Positions 61,610 to 64,000 of a stretch of DNA of 64,000 nt are shown one piece after another (position 1 is the first letter of the stretch; each line of letters opens with the position of its first letter). The stretch lies in assembly GCA_965249555.1 (NCBI GenBank), contig OZ252243.1, positions 2,112,001-2,176,000 of the forward strand, written 5' to 3'. This stretch comes from Nitrosopumilus sp. (GTDB taxonomy: Archaea; Thermoproteota; Nitrososphaeria; Nitrososphaerales; Nitrosopumilaceae). The position numbers and the translations under genes are program-made. The notes beneath the pieces were generated by a model. The model saw only the letters and a program-made list of their open reading frames with translations, did not search any database and was not told the DNA's origin.

Positions 61610-64000
61610 CTAGTCATTCCAGCTAAGATCAGAGTCATCATATATCATACAGTCACACAGCATCTCCTGGGCCAGCATCTCCTGTATGGATAGTGATTCC
61701 AGCAATGCAGGATCTGATACCCTGTCCAGCCTTAATGGCATATCATATGAGAATGATTCATCCAAGGTTCCCTGAATTGCCTTACTATCAAAGATTAGGG
61801 TTGCCCTGTCCTGCTCATCAATTACCAGATTTGCAAAGTTTGAATGAATTCTAGTCATTACGCTTGTTGGCAGATCATCTCTTTGTTGCATATCAGGTCT
61901 TGTAATCTGCAACCAGGTGCCATAGTCATTTTGTGACCATATGTATCCATATTGGTCCTCCCAGACCTGGTAACGTCTGTCTTGCTGGGTCAGTGATATG
62001 GTCTCAAACGGATTCTGGTTGCCATGCTTTTGTTTTAACTCATGAGTTGCTGCTGCAAGTAATGCTTCACCTGTAAACTCTACACCTTCGTTGATATATG
62101 TGGTAGTAGAGTAACGTTGTTTGTCAACTGCATTAATTGCCAATACTTCATGGGATAATGGTGCCATTATTACAAATGATATGGTAACATCAAAGCACCT
62201 CTCTGCAGTATCTGATGATATGCATTTGACTTTGTCAATGGATGCACCAGTCATCTTCTCATTTACCAGTCCCTCTTTTTGCTCATGGACTATATCTGCA
62301 ATGTCATAGCCTGCAGGACTGGTATAGTTGCTATTTACATTTACTATAATGTGGGACTCTGCATTAGTTTTCAGGCCAATTTCTGGAACTCCAAGGGATA
62401 GGGATACCGACTTTAGGCCATTTGTTGCATAGCCTTTGATGTGGACTGTATTGTCATCACCAATAATGCTGCTAGTCAGATCAAAGTCAGTGTGCCAGTT
62501 GTTTGTAATGGTTAATGGCATGCCATTAAAGACAAAGCCGTCATCAACTAGCTGTACTGCCTGATTATTCCAATGTTTGCCAAAGGTTGGCTTTGTTTTC
62601 CATTCATTAGAATCTCCACCTTTTTTCTTTGGTGTGTCAGAAGGTATACTAGCGATGTCACCAGCTCCACTATCGTTGTCATCAGGATTTTGAGCAGTTA
62701 CTGTAACTGTTCTAGTTACTGTAACTGCAGAGTTTCCAGCCGCATCATCTACATCAAAGGTAACAGTGTAAGTATTAGCTACATTGGGATCAACTGTATC
62801 TACAACAACTACACCACTTGTGATATCCCCATCAGTGTTATCAGTTGCAGCAAAGGTGAATGCTGTGTATGTTTCTCCAAGTTCAATGGAGAATGATTCC
62901 TCATTGACTGTGATAGATGGTGCTGTGGTATCAAATGCTTCAGGTACAGGTTCACATATTTTATTATCTACACCAACACCCTTTACACAAACTTCATTAG
63001 CATCGTTTAGATCGATGATATTAGTATCAGTGATATGAAATTCATTTGATACTACAGTTGGAGTGAAAGTATCAGAATCACTACTACCGTCACTAATAGT
63101 AATAACATATTCATTGGAGATATTAGTTTCTATATTACTCCAGGATACTGTAACGGAATTATCAGCATTTCTTACAGCATCTACAGTTGGTGTTGCAGCT
63201 GTAGTTGCAGTAACCTCGTTAGAAGAAGCACTTGGTCCAACGGAATTTGTAGCTATAATGGTATACTTGTACTCTGTGTCTGCAGTCAGACCAGTATCAG
63301 TGGCAGCCAGTTCGGTGGTTTCTGATAGCACCGTTTCAGCAGGATTGTTTCCAAGGGTTCTGCTCAGGGTGTAGCTGTCGGCATTATCCACTGCAACCCA
63401 TGAAAGTGATATAGTTGTATCAGTGGTAGAGTCTACGACAAGTGCAGGAGTTGCAGGAGCTACTGGGGTATCAAGTGTAATGACTACAGGTAATGATGCA
63501 GTAGATATGTTTGGTCCATCAGATGCTCTTACAGTGAATGAGTTGGGACCTTCAGACAGTGCAACTGCTGCAAATGAGAAAGCACCTGTTCCATCGGCAG
63601 TTGTCGTACCAGCTGGTGTTGCTCCATTGAATAGTGTTATAGTTGTCCCGGCCTCAGCCGTACCATCAATTGTGATTGATGATGTATTGACAGTTGCAGA
63701 TGGCGTGGTAATTGTAGGAACTGGTGGTGGTGTGGTATCAACAGGTGGTACTTCTTCAGACGTTATATTATTATTATCTACAGCACCACCAACGGGATTA
63801 CCCTCAGAAAAACCAAATACACCAATTTCCTCAGCACTATTTGCTTTGTTAAAAAATGAATCATCTTTGGTAATATCATGTGGACTAGTGACAAGGTCAT
63901 CAATTAACTCAGGATCCTCACCTTCGTTAATTGCATAAATATTATAATCGGTACCAGGTATATTGCCCCAAGTTACTGTGATGGTATCAGTATCAGGTCT
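61610..64000 (-). CDS. Second giant FN3/Ig surface protein (partial; appears to run off the window)
   Basis: C-terminal ~1 kb nearly identical to 15257-16280; homology continues to the window end. Confidence 0.8.
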   Translation of the reverse strand, partial: RPDTDTITVTWGNIPGTDYNIYAINEGEDPELIDDLVTSPHDITKDDSFFNKANSAEEIGVFGFSEGNPVGGAVDNNNITSEEVPPVDTTPPPVPTITTPSATVNTSSITIDGTAEAGTTITLFNGATPAGTTTADGTGAFSFAAVALSEGPNSFTVRASDGPNISTASLPVVITLDTPVAPATPALVVDSTTDTTISLSWVAVDNADSYTLSRTLGNNPAETVLSETTELAATDTGLTADTEYKYTIIATNSVGPSASSNEVTATTAATPTVDAVRNADNSVTVSWSNIETNISNEYVITISDGSSDSDTFTPTVVSNEFHITDTNIIDLNDANEVCVKGVGVDNKICEPVPEAFDTTAPSITVNEESFSIELGETYTAFTFAATDNTDGDITSGVVVVDTVDPNVANTYTVTFDVDDAAGNSAVTVTRTVTVTAQNPDDNDSGAGDIASIPSDTPKKKGGDSNEWKTKPTFGKHWNNQAVQLVDDGFVFNGMPLTITNNWHTDFDLTSSIIGDDNTVHIKGYATNGLKSVSLSLGVPEIGLKTNAESHIIVNVNSNYTSPAGYDIADIVHEQKEGLVNEKMTGASIDKVKCISSDTAERCFDVTISFVIMAPLSHEVLAINAVDKQRYSTTTYINEGVEFTGEALLAAATHELKQKHGNQNPFETISLTQQDRRYQVWEDQYGYIWSQNDYGTWLQITRPDMQQRDDLPTSVMTRIHSNFANLVIDEQDRATLIFDSKAIQGTLDESFSYDMPLRLDRVSDPALLESLSIQEMLAQEMLCDCMIYDDSDLSWND

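Overview
AT-rich archaeal DNA, most likely from a Nitrosopumilaceae thaumarchaeote. This is inferred from the characteristic secreted-protein motifs (CV..TA.KL..RGW, MTYKNAKTVLFASLI leaders) and a TBP homolog; the heavy load of decayed IS elements suggests a host-associated lineage. Both flanks (1-22.1 kb and 54.5-64 kb) are mosaics of surface/secreted protein genes and broken IS630, IS3, IS6, IS66, IS110, IS5 and IS1595 elements. They include an IS66-truncated ScaI-like R-M locus and two paralogous giant FN3/Ig surface-protein genes, one out of frame at a G10 tract. The centre (~22.6-54.4 kb) is a partly decayed conjugative/integrative element: VirB4-like and VirD4-like ATPases, a divergent TBP, a ParM-like actin with adaptor, a thermonuclease, an ArdC-like protein and TA modules. 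It also has a long minus-strand array of small operons, each preceded by a conserved, highly structured repeat (16 copies of a covarying pseudoknot-like core). The most novel signal is a 234-bp-period tandem array of four box C/D-type guide RNA genes (30839-31608) in which one guide is hypervariable, plus a fifth diverged copy (45671-45740) in equivalent context. No integrase, tRNA, rRNA or CRISPR array was found. All family assignments come from motif recognition by eye, not database searches.
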